A stretch of DNA of 61,953 nt, the filler included, from Pirum gemmata (lineage: Eukaryota): the NCBI GenBank assembly GCA_002812295.1. It is 17 parts of 17 records of this genome, joined end to end, with 100 filler letters (N's around TTAATTAATTAA, not from the genome) between each part and the next. Parts side by side here need not be neighbours in the genome. Positions count along the whole stretch, not along the records: positions 24,352 to 27,688 come from PDIN01002708.1; positions 27,789 to 31,118 come from PDIN01002709.1; positions 31,219 to 34,582 come from PDIN01002710.1; positions 34,683 to 40,119 come from PDIN01002711.1; 13 more parts are not named here. One strand, written 5' to 3'. This document shows positions 25,003 through 34,961 of this stretch, piece after piece. A program made the translations under genes and the position numbers. Under the pieces are notes generated by a model. The model had not been told where the DNA came from and did no database searches. It saw only the letters and a program-made list of their open reading frames with translations. The number at the start of each line of letters is the position of its first letter. Within the stretch, counting starts at the first letter, position 1.

Positions 25003-25312
25003 TACTCCCTCGACGTTAATTTCTGGTCAAATACCACCTACTTTTTTAATATGAACTAAAAATAATAACAATAATAAAACAAATTTTAAACAGCAAACAA
25101 AACTTAAAAAAAACTACACACACACACACACAACACACAAATCACACCCAAAACACAACACATTATCAGAACCATAATCACCAAAAACAAGAAAATATTA
25201 TCACCAAAAACAAGAAAACATAAACAAAACATAATCACAAACAAAATCAAACACATAATACCTAAATACAACACCACAACAACACAACACATAACACACT
25301 TTTTGTGTGTAG

Positions 25313-25600
25313 GAACTCTTGGTAAATTATGGAAAGGCAGTTTAGTAAAGGCTGACAAGGGCTTCGAAATCGCTGATTTAATGAATAGTGAAAACCACAA
25401 ACAAACAGTCAAAATAGTATCTGCAAGAATGTATGTTGAAAGAGTTATTAATATTGCTAGAGCAAAGAGGTTTGCAATAATTGGGGGTGAAGACTGGGTG
25501 AAGTTGGCATGAATATGATGCCAATGATAAATGAAGTATCAAAAATTTGTTTCTAGTCTATTTGGTAAATTTTCAAAAAAGATGTGTAAATGAAGGCCTA
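25313..25600 (+). pseudogene. Decayed PIF/Harbinger (DDE_Tnp_4-type) transposase, 3' exon
   Basis: Follows a TGTAG acceptor: GTLGKLWKGSLVKADKGFEIADL...TVKIVSARMYVERVI..RAKRFAIIGG. After removing an 11-bp and a 5-bp insertion it continues EVGMNMMPMINEVSKICFYLVNFQ. This matches the Harbinger motifs ADKGF, R.HVER.I...K.F.IL.G and C..LVNFQ. Confidence 0.8.
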
Positions 25601-25606
25601 GTAGTA

Positions 25607-25848
25607 GAGGTGAGATGACGTCATTTTATTATTACCGAACAGCTGCCAGAACTTTTCCGATTTATGGTTTTATTACTATTAATGGTAGTATTATTACTTT
25701 ATTTGGTATATACTATTATTAGATGATTTACTATTTTAAGTTATTTAACTGCTATTATTAGTAAAAACACGGAACTAAGGTTNACACGGAACTAAGGTTG
25801 GCTCGATAAGCATCTGTTCGAAAAAAGTTCCAGTGGATATCTCACCCC
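25607..25848 (+). mobile_element. MITE family B copy
   Basis: GAGGTGAGATGACGTCA...ATCTCACCCC|TA. Confidence 0.85.
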
Positions 25849-26119
25849 TACTGGTCTAGTCAGGTGTCTAGCTAGTCCCTATGGAAATAGCAGCAGAATA
25901 ATTTTATACACATTACATAGTGTATCGAGACAGTTTTTTTTTTAAATCTGTTTTTTAAATCACAGTGTTATAACTAAAACTTTGCTATAATAATAATAAT
26001 AATAATCATACAATCAATAATTAAAGATAACAACAACAGCAACAACACTAATGCCAACAACAACAACAACAACAGTAATATTAGTAATAAAATAATATCA
26101 TAACAATGAACAATGAACA

Positions 26120-26827
26120 ATGAGCAACCTTAATTCAATCATGACTAGAAACTCAAAAAATCAAAATCATAACACACATTATTTGAATATAATAGTAGGA
26201 TTTACTTTTATGCTTATATTATTTTCAGTGTCATCGTTTTATATCGAAGTATTTTTAAAATCTATACAGAGCAACCTTCGTAACACTAACCACAATTTGA
26301 CTCGGCAAAGATTAATTTTAAAAGATTATGGTAACCAACAAAAAGAACAACAAATACAACAAGCGATACAACGACGAATACTGGACCGCCATGAAGAAAT
26401 ACTTCAGCAAATAGAAAAAAACACTCAAAATAGTCAAGAACAAAAGTTGGTAGAACAAGAAAAACTCCAAATGCAAAATTTAGTGAGAAAATTTGAAAAA
26501 CAACGAACAGATATTGTACACTATGAAAAAGATAAAAGAGTACAAAAAAAACAAGAACAACAAGTGCAACAACAAGTACAACAACTTCATCAATCAAAAC
26601 AAAATTATTTACGAGAACGACAACAGACATTACAAAAGGCTTATGAACGAGAAGAACTCAAGGAAAAACAGCTACAGAAAACTCAGCAGCAACTAAAGCA
26701 ACAAATGTACCGACAAAAAGAGTACCGAAAACAACAGGAACAACAACAGCGACGCCAATATTTACAAAGAGAAATGCAAAAAATAAAACAACGACAAAGG
26801 TTACGAGAAATGGTTAGACTAAACTAA
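26120..26827 (+). CDS. Hypothetical membrane-anchored Q/E/K-rich coiled-coil protein (235 aa)
   Basis: Uninterrupted non-microsatellite ORF with one hydrophobic segment (IIVGFTFMLILFSVSSFYI) followed by coiled-coil composition. Confidence 0.6.
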   Translation: MSNLNSIMTRNSKNQNHNTHYLNIIVGFTFMLILFSVSSFYIEVFLKSIQSNLRNTNHNLTRQRLILKDYGNQQKEQQIQQAIQRRILDRHEEILQQIEKNTQNSQEQKLVEQEKLQMQNLVRKFEKQRTDIVHYEKDKRVQKKQEQQVQQQVQQLHQSKQNYLRERQQTLQKAYEREELKEKQLQKTQQQLKQQMYRQKEYRKQQEQQQRRQYLQREMQKIKQRQRLREMVRLN

Positions 26828-27477
26828 ATGTATTAAAGACGCTGCAAAAATATAGATAACATAGGGTTTAGGGTTAGGGTTAGGAAATGTTTTTTCTTTT
26901 ATTTCCAGATTTTTTATTTGTTTTATTTGTTTTATTATTTTCAATAATAACAAACTGTTTCTCTCTTATTACATATTAAATTGATTTATGAACATATTGC
27001 ATTATTTTGAGAAATAAAATCAAAAAAATTGAATTCTGAATAGCAAAGTTCAGTATTAATTCAGATTAGTATTCGAAAGGATGGGCCATGCCCAATATAA
27101 ACATTTATCGAAAGCTAAAAAAAAATTATCTTCGAACTTAAAGTAACATTTTTGAATAAGGGTTAGATCTCCATTTTTACATGCAAAAAAAAAAAAAAAA
27201 AAAAAAAAACAAAAAAAAAAAAAAAAAAAAAAAAAACAGGAAAAAAAAAAAATAATAACCCACCACCATAACCACCATAACCAGTATAACCACAGCCACC
27301 ATGCCCAAAATCACCACCACCGCAAGAACTACCAGACTTACAAGAACATCTACAACAAACCAGAGTGACCATGTGGTCGACCACAACAACCCCAAACAAT
27401 ACTGATACATACTCTAACAAGTTAATTGGCATCGCATCTGCTTTGGTTTTTATTTAAATAAATAAAAAAAACACAAT

Positions 27478-27627
27478 TCATTGACCAAATCTGTCAGCAG
27501 TTTTTAAATACTCTAATTCTTCTGGTGTACAAGCTCTTTCTAATACATTGTTACGGTGTGGGTATCTGCCGAATTTGCTTATAATGTCCATGTGCTTTAT
27601 TTCATAATTATAATTATTTTGACATAT
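27478..27627 (-). CDS. DUF924-family protein, last exon
   Basis: KHMDIISKFGRYPHRNNVLERACTPEELEYL matches the DUF924 motif H..II.RFGRFPHRN..LGR.ST.EE..+L. CAG acceptor at 27628-27630. Confidence 0.85.
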   Translation of the reverse strand: MCQNNYNYEIKHMDIISKFGRYPHRNNVLERACTPEELEYLKTADRFGQ

Positions 27628-28125
27628 CTGTATCTCGTGTTGTAAAGTCAAAGTTTTCAACTTTTCCTATTATTATTATTATTATTATNNNNNNNNNNNN
27701 NNNNNNNNNNNNNNNNNNNNNNNNNNNNNNNNTTAATTAATTAANNNNNNNNNNNNNNNNNNNNNNNNNNNNNNNNNNNNNNNNNNNNATTATATTATAA
27801 AATATACCAAATTAAATAAAATGGCCTTATATAGTATTAATTTGATACTTTTTATGAAAAGCACGATAGCTACTGGTAGAATCAGCTGCGAACATTTAAA
27901 AGGGGGAGGGGTGAAGTGGAAGGCTATTCGCCACTTCGTAGTTACCATAAATAGTATTTATATATCTATAAATAGTAGCTACTATTTTTAGAAGCTTCTA
28001 TTAATAGTAGCTATTATACTATTTAAAGTAATTTTAATCACAAAAATTTCNATGACGTCATCCCATCCCTCAGAGGTATGCATAGCCTACAGTATGTCAG
28101 TACAGTAGTCTACAGACTCAGAGTA

Positions 28126-28297
28126 GTTGTGCTTTTCAGTTGTTTTGTCATCATAAAATATACAATAAAGGGTACCAAATTAATACTATATAAGCCCATT
28201 TTATTTAATTTGGTATATTTTATAATATAATTATTAATTTAAAAATATCAAATTAAATATTATAACCAACCAAATAAATACTAGGAGTGACAAAAAA
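28126..28297 (+). mobile_element. MITE family C copy
   Basis: TTGTGCTTTTCAGTTGTTTTGTCATC...GAGTGACAAAA. Confidence 0.8.
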
Positions 28298-28327
28298 TAT
28301 AGACTATGTAGACTAGACTCTGGTCTA

Positions 28328-28506
28328 GCATTTCATTTATTTTGTAACTCCGAATATTTATTTGGAGGGTTATATTATTTAAATTGACAATTTTAAATCA
28401 ATATACAGATAACAAAACATACCAAATTAGATTAAATGAGTTCAAATTATAATAATTTGGTACTATTTATTGTATACTTTATCATGACAAAACAACTGAA
28501 AAGCAC
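28328..28506 (-). mobile_element. MITE family C copy, inverted relative to 28126
   Basis: TTTCATTTATTTTGTAACTCCG...ATGACAAAACAACTGAAAAGCAC. Confidence 0.8.
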
Positions 28507-28514
28507 TAGACTTA

Positions 28515-28811
28515 GGGAGCGTTCAATAATTACGTAACGCTGGGGGGTAGGTAGGGGGGGTCGTGACGCAGTAGGGGGGTAGGCTTTCGTAATATGACAT
28601 AACGCAAAAAAAAANNNNNNNNNNNNNNNNNNNNNNNNNNNNNNNNNNNNNNNNATATATATAACATGAGGGGTAATTTAGGGTACTATTTTTCCAAATC
28701 GTTACGTCATAAGGGGTAGGTAGTCCTTCTCAAACGTGACAGGTTGTTACATGGGGGGTAGTAGGGTAGGTTTTTGTCCAAATCGGCGTTACGTAATTAT
28801 TGAACGCTCCC
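28515..28811 (-). mobile_element. PIF/Harbinger-like MITE family A1 copy
   Basis: Same 26-bp perfect TIR as 9689, with TTA on both flanks. The internal sequence is the reverse complement of the 9689 copy and contains an N gap. Confidence 0.9.
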
Positions 28812-29386
28812 TTATTACTGAGTAGTTTATTAATTAAAATAATTATTATGCTTTTTCTTTATTTTGTCACTCTGAATATTTATTTGATTGGTTGGTTATA
28901 ATAATTTTTTATTTTTAAAAATTGATATTTTTTTTTAAAAATGAATAAAAAGATAATATGATAGTTTTTTTTTAAAAAACCGAGTTCTGCCACTCTAGTG
29001 ATTTAGGAGTGCTTGTTCTGTGTTTGTTACAAATAATTGGTTATCGTTTTTTGTTTGTTTGTTTGTATTAGTAGTGCTTGTTCGGTGTTTGTTTCAAATT
29101 GAATATCGTTTTTTTGTTTGTTTATTTACTTTTAATTTTAATGTTACTATTGTGTTTTTGTTACTATAAACGTTGTTAAATCCTGTTCGTTGTTGTTGCT
29201 GTAGTTGCAATTATAACTTCCTTTGAAGTAAAAAGCAATATAGTACTACATAAAATAATTAATTATTAACTTTTAAAATATTTAAGAATGATACACTTAA
29301 TTAATAAAAAGAAAATATAAAAATTATCGATTTGATGATAATACTTTGAAAAAGCAAAGCTCTAATAACAGTCTCTAATAATAATT

Positions 29387-30034
29387 TTAATATTCTATGT
29401 ACTTAGTAATTAATACTTGACCTCCTCCCACGCGTTCGATATCAAAGCCGTCTCCGTCCTCCCGCTTCGGGCAACCATGTGGAAGAAACCAACCGTTAAG
29501 AAAGCATTTATGGCTTTTAACCAACAATTTAATTTCAATTAAATTACCAGGATGAGATATAGCAGTTGCGTCGTAGTTAATATTTTGAAAGAACAAGCGT
29601 CGCGTCCACATCTCTTTAGTTACACTCCCGTCTGCATTAATACAGGCATGCACAAACCCGTAAGGTGCTGAGGTTAAATTATAACTTCTAGTACCATCCC
29701 AACTTTGTAAATATTCAGTTTGTGTCTCGGTTGTTTCGAGGTAGATGTGCCTATTAGTCAAATTGTTGTAGAAAAATCGCATTTTTTGTGTAGTGGTGTC
29801 GATATCATTCTTGTAACTTGCAGTTTGAAGCTCAATACCAATGAAACCAGCACCTTTATTACAAAAGTTCCTCGAATCAGGGAATGCTCTGTAATCGCGA
29901 CTTGTTTGGTTATGTTTCATTAACTGTGGGGTGGGAGTAGAATTAGCAAGGTTGATGTTTATCCAAAAGGCTAAATATAGTGACAAAGCGGTAGTTATGG
30001 CAGAGCATTTATTTCTAATAATAATTCCTATCAT
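29387..30034 (-). CDS. Hypothetical secreted protein (215 aa)
   Basis: Complex intronless ORF with an N-terminal hydrophobic segment and coding-like GC content. No family recognised. Confidence 0.75.
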   Translation of the reverse strand: MIGIIIRNKCSAITTALSLYLAFWININLANSTPTPQLMKHNQTSRDYRAFPDSRNFCNKGAGFIGIELQTASYKNDIDTTTQKMRFFYNNLTNRHIYLETTETQTEYLQSWDGTRSYNLTSAPYGFVHACINADGSVTKEMWTRRLFFQNINYDATAISHPGNLIEIKLLVKSHKCFLNGWFLPHGCPKREDGDGFDIERVGGGQVLITKYIEY

Positions 30035-30076
30035 GGTTGTAACAGAATGTATGTGTACTTCTAAAAAATTTTGAAA

Positions 30077-30135
<59 letters not shown>

Positions 30136-30421
30136 GTATTGTTGTTATTTTTGTTATCGTTTTTGTTATCGTTTTCGTTGTCGTTTTTTTTTTTTTTAAA
30201 GTTTCACATTTCAGTTAGTGGAGATTTGGAAGCAGTATTTATAGGTATTCATATTTATTAGTCATTTAATTTTTCTGATATTATTAATATTATTATTATG
30301 ATATTATTACAAAGACCCCAGGAAAAATGGAGTCTTTGTATTATTATTATTATTATTATTATTATTAGTTATTATGCATGATTAACTGCAAAAAAAAAAT
30401 TAATACTCTATTATTATAGTA

Positions 30422-30560
30422 GCGGTGAGATGACGTCATTTTATTATTACCGAACAGCTACCGGAACTTTTCCGATATTATGGTTTATTACTATTAATGT
30501 TAATAATGTTACTTTAATTGGTATATACTATAATTAGATTTACTATTTTAAACTATTCCT
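30422..30560 (+). mobile_element. MITE family B, left-half fragment
   Basis: GGTGAGATGACGTCATTTTATTATTACCGAACAGC. Confidence 0.75.
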
Positions 30561-30802
30561 TGTTCTGTCTGTCAATGTTCTGTTCACAGTCTATATATGG
30601 TCAGTATAGTCTATATATGGTCAGTATAGTCTACATAACTCCTATACGGCACGATCATTGGCCCACCACTCCGATGATGTAGACACAGTTTGTGAACCGT
30701 GAGTTACTATTGGTTTATTAAAACTAAAAGCAGAAAAGTACAGCAGGGCTCAGTACTACGAATCTACGATAGCAGCTGTCAGGACTCAGCGCTGAATCAG
30801 AC

Positions 30803-30918
30803 CGTTCCAATAATACGTCACGTCAAGGGGTAGGTAGCTGGTATTTGACCAGAAATTAACATCGAGGTGTAGGTAGGTAGGGTATTTGAAGCTGTACTTG
30901 ACAGGAAATTGGCGTTAC
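30803..30918 (+). mobile_element. MITE family A2, eroded copy
   Basis: CGTTCCAATAATACGTCACGTCAAGGGGTAGG...GGAAATTGGCGTTAC. Confidence 0.75.
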
Positions 30919-31496
30919 ACTATGTGATCATAGTGATAATAGTGATAGTAAACTATAGTGATCAACTTTAATTAGAATGTCCAAAAATCCCAGTCTAATT
31001 TCTCACATTCTTCTTCACTGATATCGAAGTCTTGCAATTGGTTTGATTGGTATTCAGTAATATACACAATGTCATGTTTGTTATCGTTATTATTACTATT
31101 ATTATTATTATTATTATTNNNNNNNNNNNNNNNNNNNNNNNNNNNNNNNNNNNNNNNNNNNNTTAATTAATTAANNNNNNNNNNNNNNNNNNNNNNNNNN
31201 NNNNNNNNNNNNNNNNNNTTAAAGGCTTCCTCCCCTGAAAAATTTCAGAAAAAACTCCGGGATTTTCTACTCCCAAACAAAAAAATACTTTCCTCAGCTG
31301 AGCAAAGCCCCTCAGTCCTGGTTTTTTTTTGAAGTCCTTGAAAAAAACCAAATCAAATTTTAGATTTATTTGGTATTTCAAAATAATTTGTATAATAACA
31401 ATAATAATAATAATAATAATAATTAAGGTTTGCTTAAAACCTAAGGTTTGCTTAAAACCTATTTTGCTTAAAACTTAAGGGTTGTTTAATATATAT

Positions 31497-31543
<47 letters not shown>

Positions 31544-31757
31544 TAAATATACCAAATAAAATAAAATGAAAACGAAAATTTTTTAATAACCTTTTCTTGC
31601 ATTCACTCGATATGGAAGGGAAGGGGAAAGCGAGAGGTTGCAAATTGTCGTATGAGCAATTCAACGATACTTTCAGGCAAGGGCTTTGTGCTAAAACAAT
31701 TTAACTTTTCTAACATGGTCAAATTAGTGTCAAGAATAGTCTTCTCCCAATTATGCT

Positions 31758-31930
31758 CTGTTTAAAAATCGAGATATGTTCGAAATGCTCAAGCTTACAA
31801 TTAAGTATTCAAATATATTTATTTATTAATAATAAACCCGAAAAATACGAAAAAAAAAATATTTTTCGAATGGAGCTGAATTTTGGCTTTTTTTGACAGC
31901 AGAAATTCGAGTTTTCGGGTTTGAACAGAA
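31758..31930 (+). repeat. Dispersed repeat family E
   Basis: TGTTTAAAAATCGAGAT...AGCTTACAATTAAGTATTCAAATATAT...GACAGCAGAAATTCGAGTTTTCGGGTTT is nearly identical to 57156-57338. Confidence 0.8.
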
Positions 31931-31977
31931 GAAGTGTCAAGAATATAACTCATACTATCAGAGTTCCAGTTAGAGAG

Positions 31978-32050
31978 GTTAGGGTTAGGGTTAGGGTTAG
32001 GGTTAGGGTTAGGGTTAGGGTGAGTGAGGGTTAGGGTTTAGGGTTGGGAT
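31978..32050 (+). repeat. Interstitial (TTAGGG)n array
   Basis: Read directly. Confidence 0.85.
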
Positions 32051-32720
32051 TGGTTTATTATTATTAGGGTTTTAGCCAAACGGAACTTTTAGAAAAACAC
32101 TTATTTTACCAATTGGTTCAGGGTAAGGACGTTGCGTTATCACATAATAGACTCTGTAAATTGGACAAATCAACGATACTTTCAGGCAATGACGATGCGC
32201 TACTACAATTCAAGGATTTTAAATTGGACAATTTACCGATAATATGAGGCAAGGACTTTGCGCTAAAGCAATGTAAATCTTCTAACATGATCAAATTGCC
32301 TTAACTTTTCTAACATTGACAAATTCCTGTTACTTTCAGGCAATGCAATTACGTGGTTACATTGTAGACCAAATAATTAAACAGGACCAATTACCGATAC
32401 TTTCAGGCAATGCGTTACGTGATTGCATTGTAGATTGCGAAAATTACTGATATTTGTTCTTAATTAAAATATTAAAACCTCCAGCTTTTCCATTCTTCCA
32501 TAAGAATAATTCCAAAGTAAACTTGCTTTCAATTTTTTTTTTTTTTTATCTTTTGTTAGTTAAAATAAGATTAAAAACGTCTTTATTTATTTATTTATTT
32601 ATAATATTTATTTATTTATTTATTTATTTATTTTGTAGTCGTAGTAATGGAGTGTAATGGTATTAATTAATATTGTAGTAGAAGTAGTAGTAGTAGTATA
32701 CACAGTAGTAATACTAGTAC

Positions 32721-32765
<45 letters not shown>

Positions 32766-32941
32766 AAGTAGTAGTACTAGTATACATAGTAGTAGTACTA
32801 GTACTAGTAGTAATAACAACATTGGTCATTATTTGGTATAAAGTTTATTATATTATAATATTATCAATACATTTATTATTACAATGTGTTACAAACACAT
32901 AGAGGGGTCAGTGTCAGCTTAAAATTGCAATTGTGAATGCA

Positions 32942-33544
32942 TTACAAACACATTTTAATATAAATGGGGTATTGAGTTTCAAAGTTAGTTTTAAATTCAG
33001 CTACGTGAGCTCTGAAAATTTCAATTTGTTTTTCTTCTTGTTTGTCTTGAAATTCAATAGCATTACACTGTTCTAATAGATATTGTTTACGCAATAACTT
33101 AAGCTTTTTAGTTTGAAATTCTCTTCTGAATTCTATATTCGAGTGAAAATTTGTGAAAATTTTACTTTCTTGGTGAACTTCCATTTCGTATTTTTTAAAT
33201 AATGTTAATTGATCTAACATTTGTCTTAAGTCAGCATTGGTTTGGTGCTTTAGTTCGAAAGTCCTATCGTATTCGACGTCAGAATAAGTAAAACTAATAT
33301 GTTCTTCGCCAAAACTTACTGTTTTTTTGATTTTCTTATTATCATTAAAAGTAATACTATCAACACTATTTCTGCGACTTCCTACTGAACTTTCGCAACT
33401 GTATTCAATTTCATCTTCCACATCCGATTCAGTGTAAAATGCATTGCTATGGATTTTAAATACAATTGGTGTGTTTGAAGCTTTTGTTGTTTTATGGAAA
33501 AGTTTTGGGAATAACACAGAACGTCTTTCAATTATATTTATCAT
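32942..33544 (-). CDS. Phactr/Bni4-type protein phosphatase 1 regulatory protein (200 aa)
   Basis: RVxF-like KTVSF followed by TYSDVEYDR and MLDQLTLFKKYEMEVHQESKIFTNFH. This matches the Phactr/Bni4 C-terminal PP1-binding domain (YDR...ELN.FK..EMEVH..S...T.FH). Confidence 0.8.
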   Translation of the reverse strand: MINIIERRSVLFPKLFHKTTKASNTPIVFKIHSNAFYTESDVEDEIEYSCESSVGSRRNSVDSITFNDNKKIKKTVSFGEEHISFTYSDVEYDRTFELKHQTNADLRQMLDQLTLFKKYEMEVHQESKIFTNFHSNIEFRREFQTKKLKLLRKQYLLEQCNAIEFQDKQEEKQIEIFRAHVAEFKTNFETQYPIYIKMCL

Positions 33545-33735
33545 GGCTATAGTTTATTTTTTAAAAAAATTATGTTATTTTTGTATTTTTGGTTTTTAAT
33601 AAAATACTTTCTTTTTGATTTTTGATTTTACTTTTGGTTTTGGTTTTTTTGTCTTTTTTTGTTTTTTTGTTTTTTGTTGTATTTATATGTTTTTTTTTAG
33701 CATGAAAAAATCAACAAGATGTAACTATACTCTTC

Positions 33736-33798
33736 TGAATCTAAACTAGACCCCTTTGAATCTAAACTAGACCCCTTTGAATCTAAACTAGACCCCTC
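33736..33798. repeat. 3 x 21-bp direct repeat
   Basis: TGAATCTAAACTAGACCCCTT x3, upstream of the Phactr/Bni4-like gene. Confidence 0.9.
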
Positions 33799-33830
33799 TT
33801 TATTCAAACTAAACTTTATTTTATTATTAT

Positions 33831-33872
<42 letters not shown>

Positions 33873-34494
33873 GTTTGAAAGATGATTGAATACAATTCAA
33901 CAATATTAATAAACTTAGATTATTAGACAGTACGTAATTTTCAGTAAAAAAAAACCAATATTATTTGCTATTATTTCTTTTACTTATCCAATGTCAGCAT
34001 CCAATTTTCTCCAAGGCACCAACCACTGCTACGTGCTACGTAAGCATACATATTTGGTAAGATTTTTTGCTATTAGATTTCTTTTGAAAATTCAAAATTC
34101 AAAATAAATTCAAAAAAAGCATTATGATAACTACTAGAAAAACGTCTTTTAACTTTTTTTTACTATCATAATAATTTTAAAAAGTCCAATTATTTATATA
34201 TATATATATGATCGAAAATTATTAAATACCTATTACATGACTTATGTTTGAAAAATGAAAATTCTAGTTAATCTCCTCCCAAAAGTCAGACGTTTTTAAT
34301 GTAATCTTTTCTTATCATATATACATACAATATTATGCATACATATTATATAATACTATATAATCCATCAATAGTTATTAATACAGTAACAATCTTTTGT
34401 GGAAGAACAGTATAAATAAGCACCGGTTTATAATTCGATATGAATATATGTATGTGGTCATGTATTTGGGACTTTTAGGGATACTATCATATAT

Positions 34495-34582
34495 AGGGTT
34501 AGGGTTAGGGTTAGGGTTAGGGTTAGGGTTAGGGCTAGAGTTAGAGTTAGGGTTAGGGTTAGGGTTAGGGTTAGGGTTAGGG
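34495..34582 (+). repeat. (TTAGGG)n at contig end
   Basis: Read directly. The polarity fits a telomere, but such arrays are also interstitial in this window. Confidence 0.8.
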
Positions 34583-34730
34583 NNNNNNNNNNNNNNNNNN
34601 NNNNNNNNNNNNNNNNNNNNNNNNNNTTAATTAATTAANNNNNNNNNNNNNNNNNNNNNNNNNNNNNNNNNNNNNNNNNNNNAATAAAAAAAAAGAGAAA
34701 TAATAAAAAGAAAGAGAAATAATAAAAAGA

Positions 34731-34810
<80 letters not shown>

Positions 34811-34961
34811 AAAAAAAAATCAAAAAATCAAAAAATTAAAAATCAAAAACAAAAACAAAATCAAAAACAAAAATCAAACACAAAAATCAAAATCCAATAA
34901 CTTATTATAAAAAGAATCACAATGTATGCATTATAAAATTAATTCAAGGAAATTTTAAATT

